NCBI GenBank assembly: GCA_030704615.1
Contig: CM060731.1
Coordinates: 45,756,001-45,820,000 of the forward strand
DNA: 64,000 nt
Direction of reading: 5' to 3'
Source of the DNA: Takakia lepidozioides
Lineage: Eukaryota > Plantae > Bryophyta
Positions 38,642-52,235 of the stretch are shown piece by piece (within the stretch, counting starts at the first letter, position 1; each line of letters opens with the position of its first letter). The position numbers and the translations under genes were made by a program. The notes beneath the pieces were generated by a model that was not told where the DNA came from, did not search any database, and saw nothing but the letters and a program-made list of their open reading frames with translations.

Positions 38642-39038
38642 TGTCAAGGACAAGAACATGATTGAACTTGAGGAAAAGATCAGACTAAATATACAAGACT
38701 AGACAAGAAATCAAGATCGGCGTGGCCAAATACGTAAACAGGAATAAAGATGAACTTTATAATAAGGACAAGAGTACAAGATACTGGAACTGGACTTGAG
38801 TACTGGAATATTGGAAACTGGACTGGAGTACCAGATATTGGAAATTGGACTTGAGTACTGGAAACTGAAAACAAGAGTAGTTTGAACTTATGTTGGCGAG
38901 ACAGAAAAATGTCCAATCTTGCCTCCTATATATACTGGCTACTAGGAAGTCTTCTAAGAAGCTTCCACAACCACAGAGCACAACTGGAACCGTTTGGCTG
39001 CAATAAGGAAATGTCTGGTTCAGGATTGCCTTGGGACA
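38642..39038 (-). mobile_element. LTR remnant (reverse orientation) of the Gypsy family
   Basis: TG...CA ends (tgtcccaagg...ccttgaca on minus), internal ttccagta-type tandem repeats, and a tatatataggaggc TATA region resembling the LTR at 54132-54701. No TSD. Confidence 0.55.
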
Positions 39039-39626
39039 TCACTATTGCGTCATCCCCAACAACAATGTGTTGGCTTCATTCAAACAATGGGCCGTGGTTT
39101 TTAGTCTTGAGTTCAAAATGGCGACGGTGTGAGCTGTAGAGGAGGGGTAATTGGAGTTTAACTTTCACCAAAATATAGATAAGTTCGAGGAGCTCCACTA
39201 ATCCAGATGCAACAGACACTACAAAACAACGAGAGAATTCAACCCAGTTCATGGGACGCTTGTTGATGTGATGGTGATGAATTTCAAACTTTTTAAGTTA
39301 GACCTTGAATTTTTCTTGAAATTAAGATCCAAAGCAGGATTACAAGAAATATTGTTGTGCTACCTACAGCCAGAACTGTCTACAAGAATGAAACCCACTA
39401 GAGATAACCTCTGAGGAATGATGAAACAGAACAACTCATTCATGCATTCATTTACAATGATACACCAACTGTCTTTCTCACACATGAGATACATGTGTGG
39501 ACATTATAAAATTCCTTCATATGATGTCAGTCTCCTTAAGGGCGGATGACTTGAGGTCTGTGTCTTTAAAGCTAAAGCTAACTGATGTTTGTAGTTTGTA
39601 ATTTGTACCTAACCTCATGTGCACAG

Positions 39627-42200
39627 ATTGCAGTATGGCTCCTTGGCTCTGTACTATCTCAATATGGTATAGATGGTCGACTTCACCCTGTTGGTTTTCG
39701 ATCTCGAAAGTTCTTTATTGCAGAAATCAACTATGAAATCCATGACAAGGAACTTCTAGCGATTAGTGATGTTTTTGAGGAGTGGCGTCATCTACTGGAG
39801 GGAGCTAAACATCAGGTTATTGTCTACACCGATCACAAAAACCTTGAGTATTTTATGAGTGCTCGTATTTTGAATCGAACACAAGCAAGATGGAATATGT
39901 TCCTAGCAAGGTTTGATTTTGTTATTACCTACCGCCCCGAACATCTTCACGAAAAACCAAATGTTATTTCTCGACGATCATATCTTGCGCCAAAAGAAGG
40001 GGATGCAGCTTTCAACCAACAGAAATTCATCATCCAGAAACCAACAAATCTCCAATTGAATGCACTATCCATGTCCACCTATGACGATGCAGCAATCATA
40101 AAGGAGATTCAAGAATCACTGAAGAACGACCAATCGAATTCAAAGACGATTTGCTTTATTTCAATGGACTTCTATATCTTCGGGATCTACACGACTTCAG
40201 ATTCTTCAAACATGTAATGATTTTCAAGTTGCGGGACATTTTCGCTTCAATTAGACTATGGAATTAATATCCAAGGATTATTGGTGGCCGCAAATGTAGA
40301 AATTTGTAAAGGAGTTTATAAAATTTTGCGACACTTGTGCTAGGGCAAAGGGAACCTTACGGCCTTCTACAACCATTATCCATTCTCAAGTGTCCATGGT
40401 TGTTCTTCCAGATGACATTGTACCTAATCAAGTACCACAATTCATATCAAATTTCGGAGAGGATTGTTTCAAATATTGAACACCAAGATCAATCTTTCAA
40501 CAACCAATCATCCGCAGACTGATGGTCAAATCGAGCGCATAAATCAGATTTTGGAGCAATATCTTCGCTGTACGGTAAATTATCAACATGATAATTGAAC
40601 GGACCTTTTGCCATTGACTGAGTTTGCCTACAACAACACTATATTTTCATCGACGAAACAAACTTCATTTTTCTCCAATTATGGTCATCATTCTCGAGCA
40701 GATCGTCTCCACATGAAGACTGTCGGAAGCCCTATTGCAGAAAACCTTGCTATTCATCTTGTTACGATTTACAAATAGCTTACAATCCAACTAATAGAAG
40801 CTCAACAATGAGTATGCAGATCAACATCGACAATTTCAACCCAAGTTCAAGGTCGGCGATCGTGTATGGCTCCTTTGACGGAACATACAAACATTGCGAC
40901 CATCAAAGAAGTTGGATTATCAACGTCTGGGACCATTCAAAATTCTTTGTCAAATTAATCCGGTCAGTTTTCGGCTTGAACTCCCACGCAGTATGCGCAT
41001 TCATCCAGTCTTTCATGTTTCATTATTGGAGTTGTATCATCATTCGAATATTCCAGGGAGAGTTTCCGTACCACCTCCACCAATCGAAGTCAATCATAAA
41101 ACCGAGAATGAATCGACGAAATCCTGGACTCTCGCATCAAACATGGACGACTCGAGTACTTTATACATTGGAAAGGCTACGATATTAGCGAACGAACGTG
41201 AGAACCTTCATCCAACCTCGTCAATGCATCTGACAAAGTCCAAGAGTTTCATCAATGATATCCAGCTAAGCCTCGAGCCATTCGTCAATAAGACGTCACA
41301 ACGATGATGTCAGCCAAGTTAGCTTCAAGGTGAAAACTACACATTCAGTGTACCTAATACACGCTAGGGAGGGAGGACGGCACACATCAGTATATGTAGC
41401 TACACTTCCAACATTCTTGCATCTTGTATTGGCAGCATGAAGTCACAGGAATCGGATACATAGAGCTATCACTTACCCAACTACCAGACCAGCCGTTTCG
41501 ACTCTCACAACCTTCAACATCACGCCGACGCCCTCGAGACAACGGGCTACCAATGTGACGCGTACTTCCTCGTCTGGACCCCGTAAGACGGCAAGTGGAG
41601 CCTACTCGAAGTCTAATAATCCTGTTGGAGGTTGAGGCTTCGAACCCAGAAAGCAACGAAATCATGTTTGAAGGCAGCTTCGAATATCAGAATGTTCAAA
41701 TCATTTCGTGGTCCCAAGTTTAAGGTGTTGGACATTATTGATGGTTGCAGGGACCTATAAATCATTTGAGTCAAGAACGAAGAGCCGAATACTTGGCAAG
41801 TACCATTTGCCGAATTTTGGATTTTCTTCAACTCTAAGTAAGTCCAAGATTCTACCGCTCCTCGAGGAACTCGGCGCTAGAGGAAGGGGTGATGTCATAG
41901 ACATAGCCCAAAAGAACTCACCAAAAATAATTACTAGAACTTACCAAGTTATCAAGAGTTACCAAATTACCGTGATTTATCATAATTTATCATGAGTTCT
42001 CATGAATTACCAAGTTACCGAGAGTTATCAGATTACTGAAAAACTTAGGAAACTGGTTAGGAAGCTTCCTGGTTGATGAAGCTTCTCAAGAGACTTTCTT
42101 TGGTCGATGAAGCTTCTCAGGAGACTTCCTTCAGTTGATGAAGCTTCTTGAGAGACTTCCCTTGGCAGGGAAAGCTTCTCAAGAAACTTCCCTTACAAGT
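39627..42200 (+). mobile_element. Decayed Ty3/Gypsy chromovirus: RNase H, integrase, chromodomain, extra 3' coding region, PPT and partial 3' LTR
   Basis: RNase H LHPVGFRSRK..AEINYEIHDKELLAI..WRHLLEG..VYTDHKNL; integrase [31 protein letters not shown]; chromodomain [19 protein letters not shown](W)EP. Many stops and frameshifts. PPT agaggaagggg then tgtca LTR start at 41893. Confidence 0.9.
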
Positions 42201-42420
42201 GTTATGTTTACAGCCATCACTAAAGGTACAAGGGGCAGCATACACAACCACAGCCTACATGCTATACATAACAACTTCAACACATCCACCAACACTATCC
42301 ACCAATGCTTCAAAATCATCCATCTCACGGCCATTCGATCCCTCATCGCCATCATTATCAACAAGCAGAAACTCAAACATACACATTAGTTCCCCCTAAG
42401 CACTCCAGTGCCTGTTTCTC

Positions 42421-42520
42421 CGATAGAGCCCACCCTTGAAAAAGGGCAGTAGCCGTGAGGTGAAGTGGTTCTTAGTTACGCCGGCTTTGGCCGGAGTCTT
42501 CTTCTTCTTCTTCTTCTTTT
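42421..42520 (+). repeat. Copy of the ~85-bp structured element with (TTC)n tail
   Basis: cgatagagcccaccttgaaaaagggcagtagccgtgaggtgaagtggttcttagttacgccggctttggccggagtc followed by (ttc)n. Confidence 0.75.
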
Positions 42521-44784
42521 GTTCTATTTCCTTAGGCTTATTTCTCTATTTGAAAGGATAGTGCAACTTTACCACATGTATCACATTTGTGTTAAATTAT
42601 TTGACAAAAACAATACTGGATTTGAGTCCACGCTCTTCAATCTTATGACAGTTCTTGTAAGGACTATTCATGTATTAAAATACCTTGGCTATGGCCGCTG
42701 GGTTCCATACCTAGTGGGCAGAAACTCCACGGCTGACTATGGTTGGGTTATTATTCTGCAGGGATTATATCCTAGAAACCACATCAAAGTCACAAAGATT
42801 ATGTCCCTAGCAGAAACACTTAAAACCCTTTTACCCTTTCATGAGGCATTTTGTCTTTGGGCAACGATCCATGCATGGTTCTCTCTCTGTCTCGATCTAG
42901 GGGCAGATATGAGCAGGTCACTGTGTAACTACACTCTAACAAATGTATCCATTTGAAAGAACTTTATCAAGCTGCACAGTGTATACATTCTGCAGCAAAT
43001 AGTGCCATTCACATTCACATAGTCTGATTCTATCATTTTCTAGGACCCAGATCTCAAATTAGTAAACGTGTTAGGGAGACTCCAACACGCATGTAGGTTA
43101 ACCATCAGGCTCATTTTTACAGCTTTGTCATTTGCGGGGGATGCCCAACATTCTCTCTCCCTCACTCCCTCTTTTAAAGCAGCCAACACCCGAAACTTCA
43201 TCTCTGAGTCCTCTTTTTGAGTCCTTCTTTCTGTCCCCTCACAATAGTGCCAGGCCTGTTGTGATGGTATCCGACCCAATTTTGGAGACCAGGCGTTAAC
43301 ATTTTTGTTGGAATTTGATCCCAGCTATGGGGGCCTCCCTCAGTTTGTGCCACCACCTACACCATAAACTCAAACTTGAGAATCCATGCAGTGTCTTTGG
43401 TGGATGACTGCAGCCACTCAGAATGCATGCAGAAATCCCCTTTGTAACCATCTGTTTTGACAGTCTCCTTCTAGACCCCCGAGATAGACTGCTTTGTCAG
43501 AACTTCAGGCTATTTGCAGCAAACGGAAAGATTTGATTAGAAAGTTTATCAACTCCAAGCACTGGAGGTTTCTTTCTGTAGCACAAATGATGCTTCTGAA
43601 AGTGAGAGACTGCAAGAGAGAGCTATAGGACTCCAACTAATTGAGAATCTACCAAGGAGTTTGCAGACTAGGCTTCAAGGCCGCGATTCATACAAATGCT
43701 CCCTTGTCTATTGCCCAGCACAATTCGCTTCTCTGAGAAGAGCAAACATATGACTTTTTGACAAATCATCTTCGAGTATTGCTTGCGCACTTCAAGATGA
43801 TGTGTGCTCCAAGTCAATGTCTACCCGTTGGGCAACAACCAATGACATGAGTGTTGAAATGCAGCCAAACCCACTCAGCAAACCCTCTATTTGATGTGCA
43901 TTACTATAAATCATCAAGGTAGGTGTTATCTCAAGCAAAGCTTTGTGCGCAACTCATTCAGCTCTGGAGTTTGGGAGTATTCAGCTAATATCTGTCCTTA
44001 CTGGTGAAACAGATATGTAATTTCCAATGACGCAACACTTAACCATCACAACAACCAGAGAACATTTTTGCCAGTCTTCAAGAAGAAGCCTTTCCACTAA
44101 AACCAAGCTATTATCCTTCTTAGCAATGGAATAGCTACTAGTAGCACTCCACCAGGCAACTACGACCCATTTCACAACATAAGAGGTCAAATTCGAGTGC
44201 AACCAAGTGAAAGAATAGCCACCACAATGGTGAGGAAAACTGAGTTCACATCCTAGGTTTCAATAGAGTGCTGGAGTACCATAGACACCACTTCTGACAT
44301 GACCCAATATCATGATCCTCAGAACCAAACACTTGTGAGTAAAGTGAAACGTCTCCAAGCACACAGTTCTCATGAGTATGGCGAGAAGTTTTTATCCCCT
44401 TCCCCTCACCAATCACACCCAACATTCTTGAACTTCCCAGGCAGCCCCAGTCCAATCATGGTTTGTACATAGCAAGCCCCTTTACCCTTGACCCTTGGAC
44501 CATGAAGCAGTGGCCGGTTCTCTGACCTACATCATGCTGGGGTGAGGGACCTGGAACAAGACCCTTCCTATCTCACCCAACTTAGGTGCTGTGTCACTCA
44601 TATCAGCTATAAGGTGTGTCACATGCTATAGCATACTCACTTACTGTCTCACTTAAAACAACAGCAATACCACTAATCTATCACCTCGAACAACATGCTC
44701 AGTTACTGTCTCGCCCGCTGTCAACAAGTAGTACCACAACCTGTGACCATGCGTGTCACTTGGCCCATTTACAATTTCACTGCA

Positions 44785-44847
44785 CCCCTTGAAGATCCTT
44801 TTGGGGCAGAGGATGGCCAAGTTTCGTGAGATATAACCGCAACCATC
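44785..44847 (-). pseudogene. Orphan fragment resembling RNA-dependent RNA polymerase (RDR3/4/5, gamma clade)
   Basis: Translates DGCGYISRNLAILCPKRIFKG, similar to the DG.G.IS..LA..CP..IFKG motif of RDR-gamma proteins. No other RDR exons recognised. Confidence 0.45.
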
Positions 44848-45178
44848 TTCATAAAGAGGTGTAGGCTTCACTACTAGGTAGGATTACTGTACAGTTTATA
44901 TTCTACTTTTGTTTGTTTCTTGATAGTTGTAACAACCTCTCAAGGCAGCAAAATTCAAAACTGGTAAAATAGTGGATAAAAGCACTCCAGCTTTCCTCCC
45001 AAAGTCAAAACACAATTCGCGACTTTCGAAACAAAAAAAATTGTTAATGTTACAAAGTTCTGATCTCAACCAACCTTGAAGCCATAACTGAATTAAAAGA
45101 CGCAAAGCCAAAGATAGAGCCACATAGTTCCCTTCCCTGAATTCACTCCCTGATGACAAAAGATAGAGATCTTTCACC

Positions 45179-48100
45179 TTAGCTCATATCCTTGAATTCA
45201 CCCCCAAAGAGGTCCAGGATCCCATTTGTGGAAAGAAGTTTTCCTCTTTCGTGGGAGCATTCTTCATGTGTGCCTTCCACATCTGTCCATGCATGTGAGG
45301 CTTCCACACCTGGGAGCAAAGTGTGAGTACCCACCATGTTATCCTCTAGTTCTAGAGGCCAAGAGATGGTGTCAACGCCATTGTGTTCATTGACTTGACA
45401 AGCAGCCTCCAGTAGTTTACAGGGGTGCTCACTATTCATGACAGCTTCCAACCCGCCCAAATCACCTAAAACCTTGGGTGCTGACAGCTCTGGAGACCTA
45501 TCATCACCTTCACACCCCTCACTGCCATCATCATCCTCCTCCGCAGAGGCAGAATCCCCATCTTCACTTCCCCCATCATGTAGTTCTGGTTCATCATCAT
45601 CACTATCGTCCTCACTGTCGACTGTCTGTTCGGGTAGTTCGGGTAGTTCTGTTTCATCATCATCGCTGTCGACCGCCTCATCATCCAACCTGTTTTGAAT
45701 GGCACGGCGCTGCAACACAAATACATTGAAGTAGTAGCTTACCAACTCTTTCGTACTTCTGGTGGGAAATGCCTGTGGGAGATAGTCCCAGAAATTCTTA
45801 TCTCGGGATACCCCATTCACCTTAACAACAGCTTTGAACATTTGCTCAGCCTCCTTGGTCCATTGGCTTGAGACACACTCGCCCATTTGATCAAATCCCC
45901 AGAGATGGAATGCCTCACCTAACTCGCTTCTCAGCTTTCGCGCCTCCATCTCCACATGCAATCTTACACAATTCACAGATCCTGGATCATGGCAGGAGCA
46001 AGTAGCAGGTCTCCCTCTTCCAACCCTATGCTTGTTAACCATCCTTTTACCACCAGGAAGTGGCCAAATTTGTGAGCCCAGCCATCTGCTAGAATCATCA
46101 CCTTCTTCGTCGCTGCTTTGTGTTTCATCCCCAGCCCTTCCATTTTCACCCGGAATACAGGAATTGTCTGAAGAAATCCAAGGGAGCACACGTGCCTGGA
46201 AATCAGGGCCAATCGGAACTCTCTTATGAGGAAGTCGATCAATGAAAGAATGGCGAGGGTGTGCTATCTCATTATAGACACCTGGGAAGGAAGCTTGGCG
46301 CGGCATGCGCTGAGTAGGTTGTGCAACAGAAGGAGATGCATAAAACCCCACATCCCCCTTGTCTTGCTCCGAGGGGGGTGTGCTCCGGTTGCTAGGTCCA
46401 ACAGGTAGTTGGAAGCCATAATGAGCCATGCGCTCCCGTGTTGCTCTCAGGCGGGTCGTGTCTTCATAATATGAAGAAGGGGAAATCATCTGCTTCGTCT
46501 GCAATGAAGTTGCATGCACAATGAGAATGCCTAGAAGGCTCTTAGTACAAGGCTTCACCAGGACAGGTAACATAATACTTATATGAACTTGCAAACTACA
46601 AATCAGAGAAACAAAGGGACTTAGCTTCTGTTTCTATTAAAAACCGTCAACCAGTTTTAACCTATGTCATAACACTAGACTTCTCCGAATCGGTGAATGC
46701 ATCCAATCTGAAGATGATTTTTGTCCTCCTTTCCCCAGAAAAGCACGAAAAAGAAGCGAGGGAGGATGGAGGAATGTGTGTCTGTTTATACATGGTGCAG
46801 ATGGCCATCCAGAGACCGGAGCTCCACTCTCTTTATCCACAAGAGAGAGCGCATTTTAGCAGCCCAATCCCGGCATTGCAGCACCCAATCCTCATTTTGG
46901 CCGGTACCACGAGCACCCTGCCATTTTTTGGAATGGCATGGGTTTAATGCAACCCTCTTCATCCACTCCAGCATTCTGACTGAGGCCTCCTGCTGCTGGG
47001 ACCTGCCCCTAGCAATTCCTTCCTCATCCCAGTCATCCACCCTGTTTGCACCAGATTGATCTCTGGGAGAGTCATAACTGCCCTCCTCTCTCCCTCTTTT
47101 GATTAGTGGGTTATCTGAGAGATTGTCGTTGGATAATTCAGCTTCAAACACTGCTTGCTTACAGTTACTTAATGATGCACTTGCACCCAGCTGCTCTGCA
47201 ACTTTTGAACAATCCTGGACATTTAATGATGCATCCGCCATTCCCACTTCTCTGTCCCTTTTGCGAGAGACTCTTTGAATGAAGTCCTCTTCAGGAAGTG
47301 ATTGGTGCTGTTCCGCTCTCTGCAGGCGAAAGCACTCCCCATTCTCTTTCATGTCTTCTACATCCCTGCTGCACGGGTCGCTCTCCGCAAACTGCTCAGA
47401 TACTGTATTGTTCTCATTTGATCGTCTTCCATTAAGAAATTCAAGCTCAGAGCAATGCTGGTGACCAGCATCTGTTCTAGCCAATGAGTCTACGGATGGG
47501 ACATTAGACTTAATTTGCAACCCTATAGGCCTGCCACTGTCCATTGCCTTCAAGTACTTAACATACACCAGTTTCACGCCTGGGCCACAATCTATCCCCA
47601 ATCCTAAATCCTTGGAAATGATTCCCCACGTCCCAGCAGCAGTAACCTTGCTGTAGCCTCCCAACTCATTTACTCGTGTACTTAATGCCAACAAATTAAC
47701 TACCTTTTCCCCCATCAAGACAGGCACAGGCCTTGAACCTTTCACCTGCCGAGCTTCCAGAGTTCTCTGGACAGTTTCTTGAAAGGCCATGTTCTCCACA
47801 TGACTTACATCCATGCTTGACCTCAAATGTCTTTCCCTCTCTTCTCTGATGTGCTCAGTAGAATTCTGAGAAGTTAGATCTCTTGACTTCGCACTCAAAG
47901 AGCAAAGACCAGCACCTTCCACAGTTGTAGAAGTTGCCACAATCCTAGCAATCTTCACATCCACAGTCAAAGGTTTGGACATAGGCTCTCCAAACTCCTC
48001 CACACTTGCCTCACTCTGTCCTCTTGGCTCCTCCACTTCACACCATTCCTCCATATCATCCTTTTCGCCCTCTACTATGTTCTCGGGTAGCCCCATCTCT

Positions 48101-48847
48101 ATATTTCGACTGTTGCAAGACTTGTTCTCTCCAACTACTCTTGCAAGAAACCTAAACCCTGGCAAAGGCCCATCCAATGCCCTTTGTGGAGCACAGAATT
48201 CTGCCGATGCTTTAAGGGAGGACATGACACCTCCCACCTCGGACACTTTCTCAGATCCCAATTGCACTTGCAAGCCACACAGCCTGGCTTCTACGCAACC
48301 TTCTTTTCGTCCTCCCTCTAGAGCACACACACCATGCTCTGTTTAGAGAACTTAGCTGTAAAATGTGGCAATCATCAACCGTGTGATTAAATGGCATTTG
48401 ACCAAGATCTGACTTAGCACACATGGATCCATTAGGACTTCCACTAGTGAACTCTACTGTTCTGTTTCCCAAACATGACAGGAACCCTGCAGAGTTGATC
48501 TTAAGTTATGGAAGAGGAACACAATTATTACCTGGCATATCACTGTCTGGCGCCTTCTCTAGCTGTGAAGGAGGAGTGATGGGCTGAATTTCATCTTGGT
48601 CAACTGGCCCCCTGGTATCAAATGTGAGTGCTTGACTAAAAGAGTTGGTTGCAATAGCGTCCTCGGGAACAGATGTAAAAAGTCGTTGCTTAGGAACAAT
48701 TTTTACTGCATCAACTGCAGATGTAGGCCAAGCATTGGGTTCACAACTGCCCTCAGCTGAATGTTTACGGTACTTGACAGGTTGTGCCAAGACAGCCTGC
48801 TCAAGTGGGCGCTTGTGTTGCCCTAACATGCTGCCAGGCACCTGCAT
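45179..48847 (-). CDS. AT-rich interactive domain protein (ARID + ELM2 + SANT/Myb-like; ARID1/ARID2 type), ~1060 aa, 3 coding exons
   Basis: Exons 48847-48532, 48338-46792, 46498-45179 (GT-AG, in phase). ARID RPVPVLMGEKVVNLLALSTRVNELGGYSKVT..WGIISKDLG..VKLVYVKYL; ELM2 VPIGPDFQA; C-x-C..PGSVNCVRLH; SANT WTKEAEQMF..ELVSYYFNVFVL.RRA.QNR. Start codon uncertain. Confidence 0.9.
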
Positions 48848-49224
48848 GTGCTGTGCTTGAGCCTGTACCACATAAGATGCATCATTTTACTACGATCCTC
48901 ACTGAACGATTCGTAGAAAATAACCACTCACACATTAAAATGGACCACCAGTAACCTAACTAGACCCTGATAATTATAAAACTATCCCCAACAGCATATA
49001 TGACAGATAACTGCAGCACACATTACACCATAAAGCACCTTGACATTCACGGAAGCTTCCAATATGATGAACACAAGGATTTGGAGATCTTGATTTCTTA
49101 TCAACAAAACAGTCGCACCAAACTGCTATTTCTTGAAACTTTAACGTTCAACCCAATCTTGTCAGAAGTCAAATGCAATTGCGTTTCTTGGCTACTGTTA
49201 TCTGCTCCCCAGTGGCAAATTACG

Positions 49225-49880
49225 TAAACTACTGGCCTTTAGCCTGGCCATTACTATCATAATATCTGCTTCATTGCTCAGAAAAATTTATCCCTGCTAA
49301 TGGGAGTATAGCGAAGGCATCTGCTTCAAAAACTTGGATAAAACTGGCTTGTGCCTTGTCAAGTTGTATCCAATGTAATAGGTGGTCCAGATAACACATC
49401 ACTCCCAATACTGTACCCACATTCTACAGAGCAAATTTTTCAAGGTTTGGACCCGGAAGAGCTCCTATTCCTGGCATGGGTAGAGGCCCAACTACATTAC
49501 GGACAACCAGACAGGTTGGGCAATTACAGACACTAACAGCCCTTCACCTGCCCATTGGCATGATTACCATGGTCGAAATTGGCTCATGGCTAGCCAAGAT
49601 GTATCCATGCTAATGGCACAACAATAAAAATTGCACCCACATTCTACAGACCAAATCTGCACCCACATTTTACAGAGCATATTTTTGGAAAGAGCTCACT
49701 ATTTCTAGCATGGGGAGGCCCAACTATATTCCGGACATCCCTGACAGGTTGGAGATTACGCCCACTAACAACCTTTCACCTGGCCATTACCATGGTCAAA
49801 TCCAGCTCAAGCCTCGCCAAAAATTATCCAAGCTACTGCTGCAACAATAATATCTTTCTTTAAAAATGGCACCCACATCC
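49225..49880. repeat. Diverged ~230-bp tandem duplication (2 full + partial units) upstream of the ARID coding start
   Basis: acccacattctacagagca...gaggcccaactac...gacaggttgg...cactaaca...ttaccatggtc repeated at ~49413 and ~49660. Confidence 0.7.
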
Positions 49881-51417
49881 TGTATACCAAATGTTTTGGG
49901 GGGAACAGAGCTGGAACAGCTTAGCAACTGATCCACCATTCAAATCGGTCCTAATAAACTTGGGATACAACTATTAAACTTCACCAGTATGAAAACTGAC
50001 ATTTCATTTAAGCATGCAATTTTCTTTCGAGCACATGTGAATTACCACTAAGATGATCAAAAAATCAGTGACAAGCACAAGTCAGTAGAAGAACCAGTTT
50101 CAATGTCAACTAACTTCATTCACATACTATGCTCCATCCATCTTGTTAGCAAAGACAAAGGGTATGAGGAAAAACTTGTAGCTGCGATCTCACAGCCAAA
50201 CTACAATTGAAGGGAACAGCATTACGGCAACAAACATTCCAAATCCTCTTCACTGACCAATCAAATCGGATATGGACATGTCTAACTGTGATTATAACTG
50301 TGGCCCCTCAGGTACAATCCCTATGGTGTGAATCTGTTTGCAATTTGCTTGTACAGTTTGTCTAAGAGATCAGTTTACACTGACAATAGTTATGACCCTG
50401 CTCCTGTTATTCACCATTTCACCAATAGCCTTCCAAACCAAGACCTCTGTACCTCAACAGGTTGTCAATGCTTCGGACAGACTGGACGCAGCTACAGAGC
50501 AACCCATTTGTCCACATCGGATACATCTACTCACGCGATCTACCCATCCAGGCTGAGAGCTTAAAGTAGAGAATCTGGACTAAGAGCTCGCACCTTATAT
50601 GATCCACAAAGCCCCTTGCATCTGCGGACAGATCGCCTCCCCGTGGGATTCCAAAAAAGCCGGAAAGTCCTGAATCCGAAACATCATGCATAAATACCAG
50701 GGTAAATATACATTTAACTCGTGATTCATTTATCTGCTTGAAATCAGTAGTTTAGAACGGCAGGGTGACGGCATGTCGCCATACATGTGACCACCGAATC
50801 AACTACCTAACGGTGGTTCATCGGAAACCCACCGTGAAACCCCAGAGGAAGTAGGGTTTGGAAGCCCTTATACGATCTCTATCCGAATGAACGAAGTAAG
50901 ACAGAGCACGGGTATGGCAAACAAGATGTGATCGCCTCTTTCCTACTCGGTAATGCAATACAGGAGAAATTTCGAACCCTAACAGGCATGTCCCTGTACA
51001 CAGAATGCATGACTGACATACTAATCTCAGCAGTATACTTTGTGCCCCACGGCTACGCCTACTTCACTCCCACAAACCACAGTACTCCTGCTATACCATA
51101 CTAATTAACCCACCTAAGCAACCCCACCTCAAACTCTGACCTAATTCCTTCTTTTGTGGGTGCCATCCTTCCTTACCTGGCTCATACATGGAGAGGCATA
51201 GAGGCTACGCTCAGGAGATGGGTGTCTTGGCAACAGTCTTCCCCCAATTATACAATGCCAAGTATGGCACTTGTCTTGTCTTATATACTTTCTTATGGCA
51301 GCTAGGGTTCTCTGGTGCCTACCCTAAAACCTACTCCGCACTCTCCTCCCCAGAGTTCCTTTGCCGAAAAATTCTGGTGCAAATCTTGGCTAAAACTCTA
51401 ATTTTAGGGGGCTTAGC

Positions 51418-51881
51418 TGTAAAGTAGTTGGACAGCTCATTGACCTAGACATGAACAGCTCCTCAACCGGTTGGAAAATGACCATCAACGACGGTCCTTG
51501 AGGTCTCAATCGTGGCCGGTAAGCGTGAAAGAAGCACCTTAGCCTATGTGGTTTAGCCAGGTCGTCTTCTTGAAGATCCAGTTTCATGTTGATAGGAAGA
51601 AGGAACCCACTTTGTGGTTTAGCCATGTCGTCTTCTGGAAGATCCAGTTTCATGGAAAGAACCCATTTTGAGATCCCAAAGGTTCGATGTTTAGTGCCTC
51701 AACATCCTTCCTTTGAAATCCCACCATTTTGGTCTATTTTGGATGAATTGGAATCTCTAGAAAGTTCCCAAGTACTCAACTTGGCACCAAAACAAAATGT
51801 ACTTTCTAGCATAGAGTATGTATGTTCACTCTTGAATCCCTATAACTACTTGGGAAGTGTTCTTTGTGTTGTTCTTTGACA
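51418..51881 (+). mobile_element. Possible LTR remnant
   Basis: TGTAAAG...CTTTGACA inverted ends, purine run ttttagggggc just upstream, internal ~43-bp direct repeat (~51547 and ~51613). No TSD. Confidence 0.4.
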
Positions 51882-52235
51882 CAAAGATATTCTCAACAAA
51901 TAACTAAATGAAACTCGTGTTTGGTTTTTGAAGTGTATATGGCTCAAACTTTCTACAATAGTTAGCTAGTGTTTTTTTTTGTTCCCCCATTGAATGAATA
52001 AATTATTGTCCAGCATTAACGATAATCAACATTTAGCTCATGGACAACCAATGAAATGGAGAGAAGAAATCCTTAACATCGCCCAGATGACATTTTGTAC
52101 GTTATCCAACTAAGCTATTAGTTAATATATTGGATTGATTGGATTTATAAATGAATGCAATCAATAGATGCGGGCACATTAGCGTCATGTCCAGACGTAC
52201 GTCGTCTCATGTCGAAAATGGACGTTGCCTATTGT

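Noticed and set aside
41387-41880. Antisense ORF in the Gypsy 3' region
   Set aside because: Substitutions between the two copies favour the plus-strand Pol frame, not the minus frames.
38642-42200. Intact LTR retrotransposon with paired LTRs
   Set aside because: The left LTR is in the opposite orientation and diverged, gag/protease/RT are missing, and no TSD is present.
45438-48346. Plus-strand Ser-rich ORFs over the ARID gene
   Set aside because: Antisense shadows of the acidic ARID coding sequence.
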